Virus record (IMG/VR): IMGVR_UViG_3300048588_000136
Span: 1-64,000 of that record
From: a virus
Strand: one strand, 5' to 3'
Length of the DNA: 64,000 bases
The notes under the pieces are model-generated. The model made no database searches. It saw only the letters and a program-made list of their open reading frames with translations, and was not told where the DNA came from. The position numbers and the translations under genes are program-made. Below are positions 26,573 to 36,501 of the stretch, piece after piece. Numbering within the stretch: the stretch's first letter is position 1; each line of letters begins with the position of its first letter.

Positions 26573-27380
26573 TGTAGCGGGGATTGTAGTAGCCCGCCGG
26601 CAGGTATTTCTGAAGGTCGTGTTTAATATAATGCTTGACACCGAGCCGGTTGACCAGTTCCAGAATGCGGTGTGTGTACGATTCCCAATCGGTCGTGTTG
26701 GTCATGGGCAGGTAGTTGGCCCGACCGATTTTGTAAAGGTCAACAAATTCATGGGTGCGCTCGATAATTTCAAGGCTGCTTTCGGTGTTCAAGGTCGGTT
26801 CAAGACTAACCCATGTAAAGATACCGGCGCCGTGAAACGCCTTCAGTGTCGCAATGCGGTCGCCTGGGAGTTGCGCTCCACGTTCCCATTTGCGGCTAAA
26901 GTCATCGTCAAGAGTGGTCAATGTGGAGGCGAAGGCATCACGGTCAGGGCGAAACAAATCAATGTCGCGAAGTGCGCGACTGCCGCCCTTGGTCAGAGTG
27001 CAAGTGCCCAGCCCGTTGCTTTGCAACGTGGTCAGCACGTCACGGGTGAGGCTGTTGTCAAATGGGTGATAGGGGTCAGTAGTGAACGATAGCATGACCT
27101 GCTCAGTGATGCCAAGCGCTTGATACTTGCGGGCGTCTTTGCGCAGGGCATCAAGGAAGCCATTACGGGGAGATGCGCCAGCGTCAAAGCTTGGGCGGTC
27201 CATCTTGAGAACCTTGGGCACGTAGCAGTATGCGCAAGCATGGCCGCAGCCGCGATAGGGGTTGGTTGCAAGCTTGGCGTATTCGCCAGCTTGACCACGA
27301 GGGGCATACACAATGGAGCAACCTTTAACGCTCCAACCGTTGTCTTCAAGTTGATAAGTGTGAGTTTTTAACATGGTCAT
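26553..27380 (-). CDS. radical SAM protein (spore photoproduct lyase-like/COG1533-type)
   Basis: NPYRGCGHACAYCY, TDPY, LTK, SLEP. Confidence 0.88.
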   Translation of the reverse strand: MTMLKTHTYQLEDNGWSVKGCSIVYAPRGQAGEYAKLATNPYRGCGHACAYCYVPKVLKMDRPSFDAGASPRNGFLDALRKDARKYQALGITEQVMLSFTTDPYHPFDNSLTRDVLTTLQSNGLGTCTLTKGGSRALRDIDLFRPDRDAFASTLTTLDDDFSRKWERGAQLPGDRIATLKAFHGAGIFTWVSLEPTLNTESSLEIIERTHEFVDLYKIGRANYLPMTNTTDWESYTHRILELVNRLGVKHYIKHDLQKYLPAGYYNPRYINQHHG

Positions 27381-27565
27381 GATTGTTTGTCCTTTTCTTT
27401 TTGAATAAGATTTCTAAGATATGCTGAAATGTTACTTGACTGCTGTTGCAACCATTCTAGCTGTGACTTTGGTAGCCGAATGTTTACACGAACGGTTGGC
27501 TCCTGTGGGTCTACGGTTTTGCGCCCTGAGCCTGGACGCTTACCGCCTCGTTGCTGTTTCGTCAT
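27377..27565 (-). CDS. RHH DNA-binding protein
   Basis: RGGKRPGSGRK then VNIRLP..SAYLRNLI. Confidence 0.75.
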   Translation of the reverse strand: MTKQQRGGKRPGSGRKTVDPQEPTVRVNIRLPKSQLEWLQQQSSNISAYLRNLIQKEKDKQS

Positions 27566-27571
27566 AGTTTG

Positions 27572-27600
27572 ATTGTAGCATACGTTTTCAATATTGTCTA
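27572..27600 (-). promoter_or_regulatory. leftward promoter, probably leaderless transcript
   Basis: TAGACA-17-TACAAT, ATG 6 nt after the -10. Confidence 0.7.
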
Positions 27601-27648
27601 TAGTTTTGGGTAAAACTCAGACGAAAGTACGATTTCTTTAAGGTTGAT

Positions 27649-28068
27649 ATGGCTAAACGACAGCAAGAGCGTTACACGGCTGACAAAATGATAGAGGCGC
27701 TACGTAAAGCGCGTGGCATTGCCGCACGCGCCGCCGAGATGCTTGGCTGCGACCGTCAAACGGTGCTGAACTACTGCAAGAAATATCCGACGGTGCAAGC
27801 GGCGCGGGAAGAAGCCAAAGAAACGCTGAACGACTGGGTAGAGTCGCAGATGATTAAGCGCATTCAGGCGGGCGACACCACCATGATGATTTGGTGGTCA
27901 AAAACGCAGATGAAAGACCGAAATTTTGTCGAGAGGATAGACAACCGCAACTACGACATTGACCTATCCAAGCTGACCAATGATCAACTAGAACGTGTGG
28001 CAGCCGGTGAAGACCCGTTGCAGGTGGTGCTAGATGGCTACGTCGCTACAAATAAGAGCAGCGGCTGA
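27649..28068 (+). CDS. terS: terminase small subunit
   Basis: Fis-like HTH, IWWSKT..RNFVER motif; overlaps terL. Confidence 0.8.
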   Translation: MAKRQQERYTADKMIEALRKARGIAARAAEMLGCDRQTVLNYCKKYPTVQAAREEAKETLNDWVESQMIKRIQAGDTTMMIWWSKTQMKDRNFVERIDNRNYDIDLSKLTNDQLERVAAGEDPLQVVLDGYVATNKSSG

Positions 28069-29716
28069 ACTAGAGCGGCGCAAGCGGGGCAACGTTGGGG
28101 AAAGCCCATTTGCCCAGTATCGCTTTGAGCCAATCCGCTACATCATCGAAAAACTCGGCTGGCATCCGTGGGCCGGTGACGTTGACCATCCGGGCCAAGT
28201 GGAAGTGCTGCAAGCCTACGAACTGGCATTGCGCCAATTGCATGAGCGATACGACTACGAGCAAGGCGTCCTGACCGCTGACCAATTGCAATACTGGACA
28301 CCTGGTCAGGTGATAAAAAATAGAATACGCATTGAAGCAGGGCATACTGTAGGTAAGACAAAACTTGTGTCTGGTATCCTGTCTCATTTCTTTGACACAT
28401 GCACGCCGTCCATCATTTACAGCTTTGCGCCTACATCCGAGCAGATTAACGATCTGCTGTGGAAGGAAATCAGAACCGACCGGCGCAAAAATAAATTGCC
28501 TGGACGTGTGGCTAAAATTCCTTACCTGTCGTTCAAGGGGGATGAAAACCCAGATCATTTTGCCAAGGGACGAGCTACGCAAAACAGCGAAACAGAGAGC
28601 ATTCAGGGACAACATGGTCGCTATTTAATGTTCGTGATTGACGAGGCCGAAGGTGTGGCTGACTATGTGTATGACGCTGTCGAGTCGATGACTAGTGGCG
28701 GCATTGCGCTGGTGTTGATGTTAGCGAATCCGCGTACACGCACGAGTAAGTTTTATAAGCAGAAAACACGTAATGACGTAGCGAACTTTCGCATGTCCTG
28801 CGTGTGGCACCCCAACGTATTGGCGGATCGAGAAGTGGTTCCCGGCGCTGTCCGCCGTGACTATGTGGAGGGCATGGTGCGTGATCATTGTGAGGTTGTT
28901 AGCAATCACAACCATGACCAAAATACGTTTGAATTGCCGTGGCACCAAGGTGTGATTTATAAGCCAGATGCTGAATGCATGTTTCGTGTCCTTGGTGTGC
29001 CACCAGCGAATTTGACGGATAACACGTTTGTAACCGTAGGAGGATATGAGGCGGCTACAAAGCGCAAGCCCGTCAGTCACGAACCAACTAAAGCACGTAT
29101 CGGGGTAGATGTTGCACGGTATGGTACGGATGCTGGCACCATTTATTGTCGTCACAATGGCGTAGTGTGGCGGGAAGCAGCGATACAAGGACAGGACACG
29201 AATGCATACCTGGATAAGTTGCGTCCGCTGTTTGACCGATTGAAAAATGACGGTGTAACCGACATAGAAATTAGAGTTGATGGCGGTGGCGGCTACGCAT
29301 CTGGCATTATTGACCCGCTCAAAATCGATATGCGATTTCGTAAAATGTTCACCACTATCGCGCTACATGAGGTGCACAATAACGGTACGGCGTATGACAC
29401 GAATAGTTACTATGATAAAGTGACTGAGATGTACGCTCAAGCAGGCGAAACGCTGAAGGGCATTTATATTCGCAATGCGCCGCCGCTGTTAGAAACGGAT
29501 TTGACCGAGCGTCCATATAAGTACGTCAATGACAGCGGGCGCAGCGTGAAAAAATTGACTGACAAAGAGCAGTTCAAAAGTAAGTACCTGCGTTCACCGG
29601 ATGATGGTGACGGATTTGTTCTAGCGGTGGCGCCCGATTACATATTTGCACATAACGAGTTGCCTACCGGCATGGATCTGAGCGGATTTACACAAACTAG
29701 TAAGTGGAGAACATAA
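28034..29716 (+). CDS. terL: terminase large subunit
   Basis: AGHTVGKT, IDEAEG, ANP, GVDVARYGTD, RSPDDGD. Confidence 0.92.
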   Translation: MATSLQIRAAAELERRKRGNVGESPFAQYRFEPIRYIIEKLGWHPWAGDVDHPGQVEVLQAYELALRQLHERYDYEQGVLTADQLQYWTPGQVIKNRIRIEAGHTVGKTKLVSGILSHFFDTCTPSIIYSFAPTSEQINDLLWKEIRTDRRKNKLPGRVAKIPYLSFKGDENPDHFAKGRATQNSETESIQGQHGRYLMFVIDEAEGVADYVYDAVESMTSGGIALVLMLANPRTRTSKFYKQKTRNDVANFRMSCVWHPNVLADREVVPGAVRRDYVEGMVRDHCEVVSNHNHDQNTFELPWHQGVIYKPDAECMFRVLGVPPANLTDNTFVTVGGYEAATKRKPVSHEPTKARIGVDVARYGTDAGTIYCRHNGVVWREAAIQGQDTNAYLDKLRPLFDRLKNDGVTDIEIRVDGGGGYASGIIDPLKIDMRFRKMFTTIALHEVHNNGTAYDTNSYYDKVTEMYAQAGETLKGIYIRNAPPLLETDLTERPYKYVNDSGRSVKKLTDKEQFKSKYLRSPDDGDGFVLAVAPDYIFAHNELPTGMDLSGFTQTSKWRT

Positions 29717-29717
29717 A

Positions 29718-31151
29718 ATGGCTCGTGTTGATTTGATGGAACTTGGTGAAACCGGTTTGCAAAAATCGGGTGGCCAGGTATATGAAGAGTTTTTACGCGA
29801 GCTACGCGGCGACCGCTGGCTAAAGGTTGTACGCGAAATGTCGGAACAGGATAGCGTCGTGGTGGCCATTCTGTTTGCTGTGGAAATGCTATTGCGCCAA
29901 GCCGACTGGGAGATTGAGCCGACCGACGGTGATACGGATACCGCTGAGTTTGTTGAATCCTGCTTTGATGACATGTCGCTATCGTGGGAAGACACCATGA
30001 CAGAAATTCTCACGATGTTACCATATGGGTACAGCTACATGGAAACCGTTTACAAGAAGCGAGGCGGTGATGTTGATGATCCGACGAAGCGCAGCAAGTA
30101 CAATGATGGGCGTATCGGTTGGCGCAAGTGGGCGATTCGTAGTCAACACACTCGCTACATGTGGGAGTTTGACCGGGGCGGTGGAATCCGGGGCATGTGG
30201 CAGACATTAGAGCAGGGCGCGCCCGTGTTTATCCCCATCGAAAAAGCATTGTTGTTTCGTACTACCACACATCTGGGCAATCCTGAGGGGCGCAGTATCT
30301 TGCGGGGTTGCTACCGCTCGTGGTACTTCAAAAAGCATCTAGAGAACATCGAAGGTATTGGCGTAGAGCGTGACCTTGCCGGCTTGCCCGTGGCCCATGT
30401 GCCGCCTGAACTGCTGTCATCTGCGGCCAGTCCAGAGAATCAGCAGCTATATTCAGCCATCAAAGAGATTGTGACCAGCATCCGGCGTGATGAACAAGAA
30501 GGCGTTGTGTGGCCGCTCGCCTACGACGAAAATGGACGAGAGCGATTCAAGCTAGAATTGCTGAGCACGGCCGGATCGCGGCAGTTTGACATTGGCGGCA
30601 TTATCAACCGTAAGAACAATGAAATTGCAATGGCGGTTTTGGCTGACTTTATTTTGCTGGGGCATGAAAAAGTGGGTAGCTATGCATTGTCTGCTACCAA
30701 GTCGAGCATGTTCAAAACCGCACTAAAAGCCTGGCTCGATAGTATCGCCGATGTCGTCAACACCTACGCCATTCCTCGCCTGTTGAGTGTGAACGGGATA
30801 CAAGTCACAGCGCCGCCGCGGTTGGTTTTTGGCGGCGTGGGAGAAATCGACCTAGATGTGCTAATGACTTTCGTTAAGGAGGCGAGCGCCGCCGGCATGA
30901 CGCTATTCCCGTCGGTCGAAATCGAAAACGATTTGCGATCTAAAATGCGGCTGCCGTTATTATCTGATGAAGACATAGCGCAACGAGATGCGCAGGGTAT
31001 GCAATCTAAACAGATACCACAGCCACAAGACCAGACATCACAGGATAGCACTAGGACGCAATTTAATGAGGCCATTCTTGCGCAAATCCGTGAAGCACAG
31101 GCGCAGGTTGGCGCTGCGTTGATGGAGTTACGCGGGGCCGGCAATGCCTAA
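29718..31151 (+). CDS. portal protein (DUF935/Mu gp29-like)
   Basis: NPEGRSILR..Y..W.FK..EGIGVERDLAGLP, GSYALS; follows terL. Confidence 0.9.
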   Translation: MARVDLMELGETGLQKSGGQVYEEFLRELRGDRWLKVVREMSEQDSVVVAILFAVEMLLRQADWEIEPTDGDTDTAEFVESCFDDMSLSWEDTMTEILTMLPYGYSYMETVYKKRGGDVDDPTKRSKYNDGRIGWRKWAIRSQHTRYMWEFDRGGGIRGMWQTLEQGAPVFIPIEKALLFRTTTHLGNPEGRSILRGCYRSWYFKKHLENIEGIGVERDLAGLPVAHVPPELLSSAASPENQQLYSAIKEIVTSIRRDEQEGVVWPLAYDENGRERFKLELLSTAGSRQFDIGGIINRKNNEIAMAVLADFILLGHEKVGSYALSATKSSMFKTALKAWLDSIADVVNTYAIPRLLSVNGIQVTAPPRLVFGGVGEIDLDVLMTFVKEASAAGMTLFPSVEIENDLRSKMRLPLLSDEDIAQRDAQGMQSKQIPQPQDQTSQDSTRTQFNEAILAQIREAQAQVGAALMELRGAGNA

Positions 31152-32016
31152 TGATTGGCTGATATACAAAAACCTGCGTAATCTGCAAGATGGCTACGAC
31201 GCGTTGGCATCCAAAGACTTGACGACGCGTCAAAAGTACTTAGCGCGACGATCCGCTCTAGATACGCAATGGCAATCTGACTTACTGCCAGTCATGAGCG
31301 ATTTGTATTGGTACCCATTTCGGAATGGAACTGACGGGATACCGAAGAGTCAAAAGAAACTGAGGAGTTGGTTAAGGCGCCAATACGATGACCAGGCGGC
31401 TATTGCGGCGCTTCTCTTTTTGATGATTAGGTATGGAAAAGTTGCTTACGAACTTGGCGGACAGAGCGCGCTTGACGATTTGGGGATTGACGCTAATTTT
31501 AAGCTAACCAATCTTGATATACTAAAGGCCATTGACGAGCGTTATCGTTTAATGGTTGCACAAGATACAGAATACAGCCTAATTGATACCACCGTTGATG
31601 ATTTAGCTAAATCAATACCGGAAGCGCAAGACAGCGGAAAGACGTTTTTGGTAGCACTGGCGGCTATTATAGCAGCGTTATCCGCAAATCGTACCGTAAA
31701 AATCGAACGGTACGAACGACCGTTTCAGGTTGGCCAGGCGCTGGAAAACGCATACGAGCAGAATGGTGTTCGGTATATCATGTACGATGTTTACGGGGTG
31801 GGCTGTCCACGCATTTGTGCTCCTTGGCACGGGCAAGTGTTTAATGTTGGAACGGTTAGACCGGTGCGTATACCTCAGCATTCCGGCTGTGATTGTAGAT
31901 GGACGGCGGTTAGTCGAAACGGTCAGCGCGCCGGCTTTCCAGAGGTCATTGTTGCATTACTAGGCAATCAGGGGGACACTTTGCAACCTCCTGCAAATGT
32001 ATGGACGGGGGCTTAA
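31144..32016 (+). CDS. minor head / head morphogenesis protein (Mu gpF/SPP1 gp7-like)
   Basis: CPRIC..HG..IPQHSGCDC; position after portal. Confidence 0.75.
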   Translation: MPNDWLIYKNLRNLQDGYDALASKDLTTRQKYLARRSALDTQWQSDLLPVMSDLYWYPFRNGTDGIPKSQKKLRSWLRRQYDDQAAIAALLFLMIRYGKVAYELGGQSALDDLGIDANFKLTNLDILKAIDERYRLMVAQDTEYSLIDTTVDDLAKSIPEAQDSGKTFLVALAAIIAALSANRTVKIERYERPFQVGQALENAYEQNGVRYIMYDVYGVGCPRICAPWHGQVFNVGTVRPVRIPQHSGCDCRWTAVSRNGQRAGFPEVIVALLGNQGDTLQPPANVWTGA

Positions 32017-32207
32017 TGCAGGTAGTCAATGGCGCCGCTGATGACACCATGACAGTCAAGGATATACTTAAGCGTATACCCACGCGCATGATTCGTTTCA
32101 TGCTACGTATCGCCAGTCTACAGCGTGGTCGCTACATGGTGTACTTGACAGTAGGAGAAGGCGACATTGAATGGTCAGTGTGCCAAGTTGAAAGGGTGGA
32201 ACGATGA
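32016..32207 (+). CDS. small hypothetical protein
   Basis: TAATG coupling. Confidence 0.55.
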   Translation: MQVVNGAADDTMTVKDILKRIPTRMIRFMLRIASLQRGRYMVYLTVGEGDIEWSVCQVERVER

Positions 32208-32548
32208 GTGCTAGACTGTTGTTGCGCTATAGAGATTTACGTATGCTGCCACCACAATCCATTGCTGGTGATTTTGTCGAAATTGACGAGCATGTTTATG
32301 TGATTCGCCATCGATACATAGAATGGAACGGCTATGGACTTTATGAATCGTCATGGGTAGGTGATGCTCTTTTTATATACGATTGGCTGTTCTGGACAGG
32401 TGATTTGTGGTATCGCCGCACATTGTTATGGCTTGCCGGTGCGGGGTTAGCGGAGTATCCACCGGAAGGTTGTTTCCCATCGTGGATCGACGTAATGACG
32501 AGATGGAATAAGTTTTTATCGTTGGCTAAGAATAAATTTAGGTACTAG
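32204..32548 (+). CDS. hypothetical protein
   Basis: ATGA coupling; Trp/Tyr rich. Confidence 0.55.
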   Translation: MSARLLLRYRDLRMLPPQSIAGDFVEIDEHVYVIRHRYIEWNGYGLYESSWVGDALFIYDWLFWTGDLWYRRTLLWLAGAGLAEYPPEGCFPSWIDVMTRWNKFLSLAKNKFRY

Positions 32549-32574
32549 ACAAAAACGCAAAGTTGTGCTATAGT
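32546..32574 (+). promoter_or_regulatory. promoter of head operon
   Basis: TAGACA-17-TATAGT with TTGTGC extension. Confidence 0.75.
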
Positions 32575-32584
32575 TTTCACAGTG

Positions 32585-32696
32585 AATCATGCGGCATTGC
32601 GGATGGACGCAAGAAGAAGATGTTAGAGGTAGCGAGAGCAGGCCAAGCCCTCGATGAAACTGCTACCAGACGGTATCAATCCCGTCCCGCATGATT
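32585..32696 (+). ncRNA. tRNA-like ncRNA 2
   Basis: AATCATGCGG/CCGCATGATT, TTGCG-GATGGA-CGCAA, GGTAGC/GCTACC, GACGG-TATCAATC-CCGTC. Confidence 0.65.
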
Positions 32697-32733
32697 AACT
32701 TAATATCTTAACGGCATGAAACGTTAGACACAT

Positions 32734-32775
32734 GGCGTCTGTGACAGGGTAACACCTGTTGCAGGCGCCTTTTTT
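32734..32775 (+). terminator. intrinsic terminator in head-operon leader
   Basis: GGCGTCTGTGACAGG..CCTGTTGCAGGCGCC + T6. Confidence 0.8.
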
Positions 32776-32781
32776 ATTTCT

Positions 32782-34770
32782 ATGCCCACATACACTTACA
32801 ACGGGGTGACGGTTACAGCCACAGGGCGCAGACCATCAACTCGTGACGATAAAAAATATATGCGAACAGTCACCCGTGATGGCAAGGATTATCTTATCCA
32901 TTACGGCGATCCCGATATGCCGATGCGTCGCAGTAACCCACAGGCACGGGCAAACTTTCTGTCACGGCACAGTTGCAGCACAAAGAAAGACCCATTGTCG
33001 CCGGGCTACTGGGCTTGTCTTGACTGGAGTCGCACCGACGAAGGAAAAAGCATGAGTGAGATTGCGGAGCTTCGCCAGCAATACGCTGAACTATTTCAGG
33101 TTGCACCAGATAGCAAATACAAGGGCGTAATGATTGCGCTCTATCCGTCCGCCGAGACGGCAACGCAGATTGCGGCCATCCCCGGTGTGGCCACGCCGCC
33201 GGAGGATCTACACGTCACGCTGGCCTACTTGGGCGGCGTCGATGGGCTGACTGACGTGCAGGTTGCGGGTGCTATCCTGGCGGCACAAAAAACAGCCACC
33301 TACGGCAAACCTGTCACCGGCAACATTAATGGAGTAGGGCGCTTCAACGCCAGCGAGAGCAGCGACGGACAAGATGTGATTTACGCCGTGGTTGACCTGC
33401 CGGGACTTGACGAATTGCGTGATTGCCTGATGGACGAATTGGACGAATGCGATTGTGAACCGTCCACGAGTCACGGCTACACACCCCATATGACGCTGGT
33501 ATACATTCCTGCCGGCACTGACTCGCCGGTTGGACTCGTGCCAACCATGCCGATCAGCTTTTCGTCAGTAAGCATCGCTGTCGGTGGAAAACGCGTTGAC
33601 TTTCCCTTGCTCAGCATGGAAAAGGAAGACGACGAGGAAAGCAGCGGAGAAATGAAGTATTCGGACGTTGCTGACCTGTGTGCCGATGGGCGCGGCTGGC
33701 GACTGTTCAATGAACATGAATTTGCCGAGCCGCCCGCCTGGGTGCCGTGCCTACCCAAGCCTGGAACATTCACGCATCCAAGTTACGGACAAATCAGCGT
33801 AACGCCGGATCGCAATCAACGATTCGTGCAGAACTTCAAAACCGGCGTGTATCAATCGCGCATTCCGGTAGATGCCGAGCACCAACTAAAAACAAGCGGC
33901 GCTGTTGGTTGGATTACGGATATGCGCCTAAACGAAGACGGCAGCGCCGATGCTCAGGTTGAATGGACGGACCGTGGGCAGTCTCTCATCAGATCCGACC
34001 GCTACAAATATGTATCGCCTGAATGGTACGACAAATGGACGGCGCCCGACACCGGCAACGAGCACAGCGATGTGCTAATCGGATTAGCGCTAACCACACG
34101 CCCATTCTTCAAAGAAAAATCACTGCGTCCGCTGGTGGCTTCTGAACGTGGGTTCTACACCACGGATGAGCAGGTATCCAGCAACACAACTGTTGTTTAT
34201 TTCAATGCATTTTCGGAGGTTTTAGACATGGCGGAAAAAGCCACAGAGCAACCAGTGACTGCTGTGCAGTTCGGTGAGTTGCAACAGAAGTTTGATGAAC
34301 TCAGCGGGAAGTTTGCCGCGGCAGAGGCGGCCCGTACTGAGGCAGAAGTGAAGGCGAAGCAATACGCAGAGGCGCTTGACGGCGCCAACGCCCGTGTGGC
34401 GGCCCTTGAGGCGACTGCCCAACGCAAGCGGTTTGGTGAATTGTCGGCCAACTGGTTTGGCAAGGCTGATGACAACGTGAACATGTTGACCAAGCTGGCG
34501 CAGGCGTTTGGTGAGGAATCGGCCGAGTTTGCCACCTATGTTACCCAGCAGCGCGCCATTGCCGAGCAGATGAAGCAAAGTAAACTGTTTGAGGAAATCG
34601 GTAGCAACAAATCAGATCTTAACCCAAAGACGGCCACGCAAAAATTTAGTGATGCCGTGTTGACGGTGATGGGCGAACGCAAGGTTGACTACGCAACTGC
34701 CGCCACTGTGGTTGCCGGTACACAACCGCAATTGTACAGCGAATATGTCGCAGAACAGCGAGGCAAATAA
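32782..34770 (+). CDS. fusion: small basic domain + 2H phosphoesterase + Mu gpI-like prohead protease + scaffold
   Basis: HVTLAY and PHMTLVY (2H); VDAEH, AVGWI, VEWT..G, YKYVSPE, ALTTRPF (protease); C-terminal coiled coil. Confidence 0.85.
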   Translation: MPTYTYNGVTVTATGRRPSTRDDKKYMRTVTRDGKDYLIHYGDPDMPMRRSNPQARANFLSRHSCSTKKDPLSPGYWACLDWSRTDEGKSMSEIAELRQQYAELFQVAPDSKYKGVMIALYPSAETATQIAAIPGVATPPEDLHVTLAYLGGVDGLTDVQVAGAILAAQKTATYGKPVTGNINGVGRFNASESSDGQDVIYAVVDLPGLDELRDCLMDELDECDCEPSTSHGYTPHMTLVYIPAGTDSPVGLVPTMPISFSSVSIAVGGKRVDFPLLSMEKEDDEESSGEMKYSDVADLCADGRGWRLFNEHEFAEPPAWVPCLPKPGTFTHPSYGQISVTPDRNQRFVQNFKTGVYQSRIPVDAEHQLKTSGAVGWITDMRLNEDGSADAQVEWTDRGQSLIRSDRYKYVSPEWYDKWTAPDTGNEHSDVLIGLALTTRPFFKEKSLRPLVASERGFYTTDEQVSSNTTVVYFNAFSEVLDMAEKATEQPVTAVQFGELQQKFDELSGKFAAAEAARTEAEVKAKQYAEALDGANARVAALEATAQRKRFGELSANWFGKADDNVNMLTKLAQAFGEESAEFATYVTQQRAIAEQMKQSKLFEEIGSNKSDLNPKTATQKFSDAVLTVMGERKVDYATAATVVAGTQPQLYSEYVAEQRGK

Positions 34771-35162
34771 TGGCTTTTGAAGGCGCACAAATGAAGCTGA
34801 CTGGTGTGACGGCCAGTGCAGACTTGAGCACTAAGCAATATTATTTCGTCAAAATGTCTGGTGAGCGAACTGTAACGGTTTGCGCCGGCGCTACTGACAA
34901 GCCGATTGGTGTGTTGCAGAACAACCCGACTAGTGGACAGGCCGCAGAGGTGTGTGTGGTTGGTCAAACCAAAGTCAGCGGTGATGGCGATCTCAACTAC
35001 GGCGATTTAATTGGCACGAGCGGCGATGGGCAGGCCGATGCTAAGACAGCCGGAACTGATACCACGGAGTACATCTGTGGACAAGTCATTCAAGGCAATG
35101 GCGCAGCCGGCGGCTTGATTACGGCATTTATCAATTGCGCCAACATCGCGCGTGGTGCATAA
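34770..35162 (+). CDS. capsid decoration/cement protein (DUF2190-like)
   Basis: ADLS.KQYYFVK..PIGVLQN.P..G; lies between scaffold and MCP. Confidence 0.75.
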   Translation: MAFEGAQMKLTGVTASADLSTKQYYFVKMSGERTVTVCAGATDKPIGVLQNNPTSGQAAEVCVVGQTKVSGDGDLNYGDLIGTSGDGQADAKTAGTDTTEYICGQVIQGNGAAGGLITAFINCANIARGA

Positions 35163-35176
35163 GGAGAGTATAGACA

Positions 35177-36151
35177 ATGGCTCAGCCAACACAATCACAG
35201 GTTCATCTGGACGCGATCCTGACGAACATCTCCGTGGCCTACATTCAGAGTGAAGCGAACTTTATCGCTGGGCGGGTCTTCCCCACTGTCCCGGTTGATA
35301 AGCAATCAGATAAATTTTTTACGTACACGAAGAATGATTGGTTTCGTGATGAGATGCAAGTCCGACCGGACGGCACCGAAAGCGCCGGCAGCGGGTACGG
35401 TCTCAGCACGGCCAGCTACAGCGCCGACGTGTGGGGTCTCCACAAAGACATCGGTGACCAGACCCGCAAGAACGCCGACAACCCGCTGAACATGGATCGG
35501 GATGCGGTGCAATTCTTGACCCAGCGCGGATTGCTCCGCCGGGAAATCCAGTGGGTGACCGACTATTTCACTACGTCCGTCTGGGGCACTGACAAGACCG
35601 GTGGCGCTAACGGCGGCGGCGGCGATTTCACCTACTGGAGCGACTACACCAACTCCGATCCGATTGAGGATATCGAGCTTGGCAAAGAGACTGTGTTAGG
35701 CCGCACAGGGTTTCTCCCTAACACGCTCGTTTTAGGGTATCAGGCGTTCCGTAAGCTGAAATTCCATCCTGACATTAAAGATAATTTCAAATACACATCG
35801 GCTGACAACATCACCGCCCCGATGATGGCCGCCTTCTTTGAAGTGCAAAATGTTTACGTTGCTAAGGCGATCAAGGCCACGAACAACGAAGGCGAAACCG
35901 CAGCTTATTCGTTTACGCATGGCAAACACGCTTGGTTGGGGTATGTCAATCCGACGCCCGGTCTGTTGGCACCGTCTGCCGGCTACGTGTTTAGTTGGAC
36001 CGGTGTAAGTGGCAACATGGGCGCCGAGGCTGGCATTAGCCGCTTCCGCATGGATCACCTGAAGGCCGACCGTATCGAAATCGAAATGGCTTGGGACAAT
36101 AAGGTGGTTGCCACTGATCTCGGCTACTTCTTCAGTGGGTGTGTCGCATGA
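35177..36151 (+). CDS. major capsid protein
   Basis: LTNISVAY..FIA..VFP.VPV.KQSD, PNTLVLG, PSAGY.F.W; position and size. Confidence 0.88.
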   Translation: MAQPTQSQVHLDAILTNISVAYIQSEANFIAGRVFPTVPVDKQSDKFFTYTKNDWFRDEMQVRPDGTESAGSGYGLSTASYSADVWGLHKDIGDQTRKNADNPLNMDRDAVQFLTQRGLLRREIQWVTDYFTTSVWGTDKTGGANGGGGDFTYWSDYTNSDPIEDIELGKETVLGRTGFLPNTLVLGYQAFRKLKFHPDIKDNFKYTSADNITAPMMAAFFEVQNVYVAKAIKATNNEGETAAYSFTHGKHAWLGYVNPTPGLLAPSAGYVFSWTGVSGNMGAEAGISRFRMDHLKADRIEIEMAWDNKVVATDLGYFFSGCVA

Positions 36152-36501
36152 TGAATAGCTATCAGGTAGTACGCGCTTTTAGTGGTCAACCAACTGTGGG
36201 CGCCATCCTGACTGATGCTGATTTCCGTTCGCCTGAGCGCGCTAAACGGCTAGTGGATCAACGCTACATTAAGCCGCTTGTGCGTGACGATGTTGGTATG
36301 CAGCCGACAGTTAAAACGCTACTGGGCGCTACCATCCGCCAGATGGACAAGATGCTTGCACAAGTGCAGGACAAGTGCGTGATTGAGTCCGCACTTGTGC
36401 AAGATCAGCGGGAATCAGCAAAGAAGCTCATGGAAAAGCGACTTGCGAACTGGGGGGGGATGAATGAACACATTGACGAAAGGCAATGCCAAGGTTGGTA
36501 A
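36148..36501 (+). CDS. hypothetical head-associated protein
   Basis: coupled to MCP. Confidence 0.6.
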   Translation: MMNSYQVVRAFSGQPTVGAILTDADFRSPERAKRLVDQRYIKPLVRDDVGMQPTVKTLLGATIRQMDKMLAQVQDKCVIESALVQDQRESAKKLMEKRLANWGGMNEHIDERQCQGW

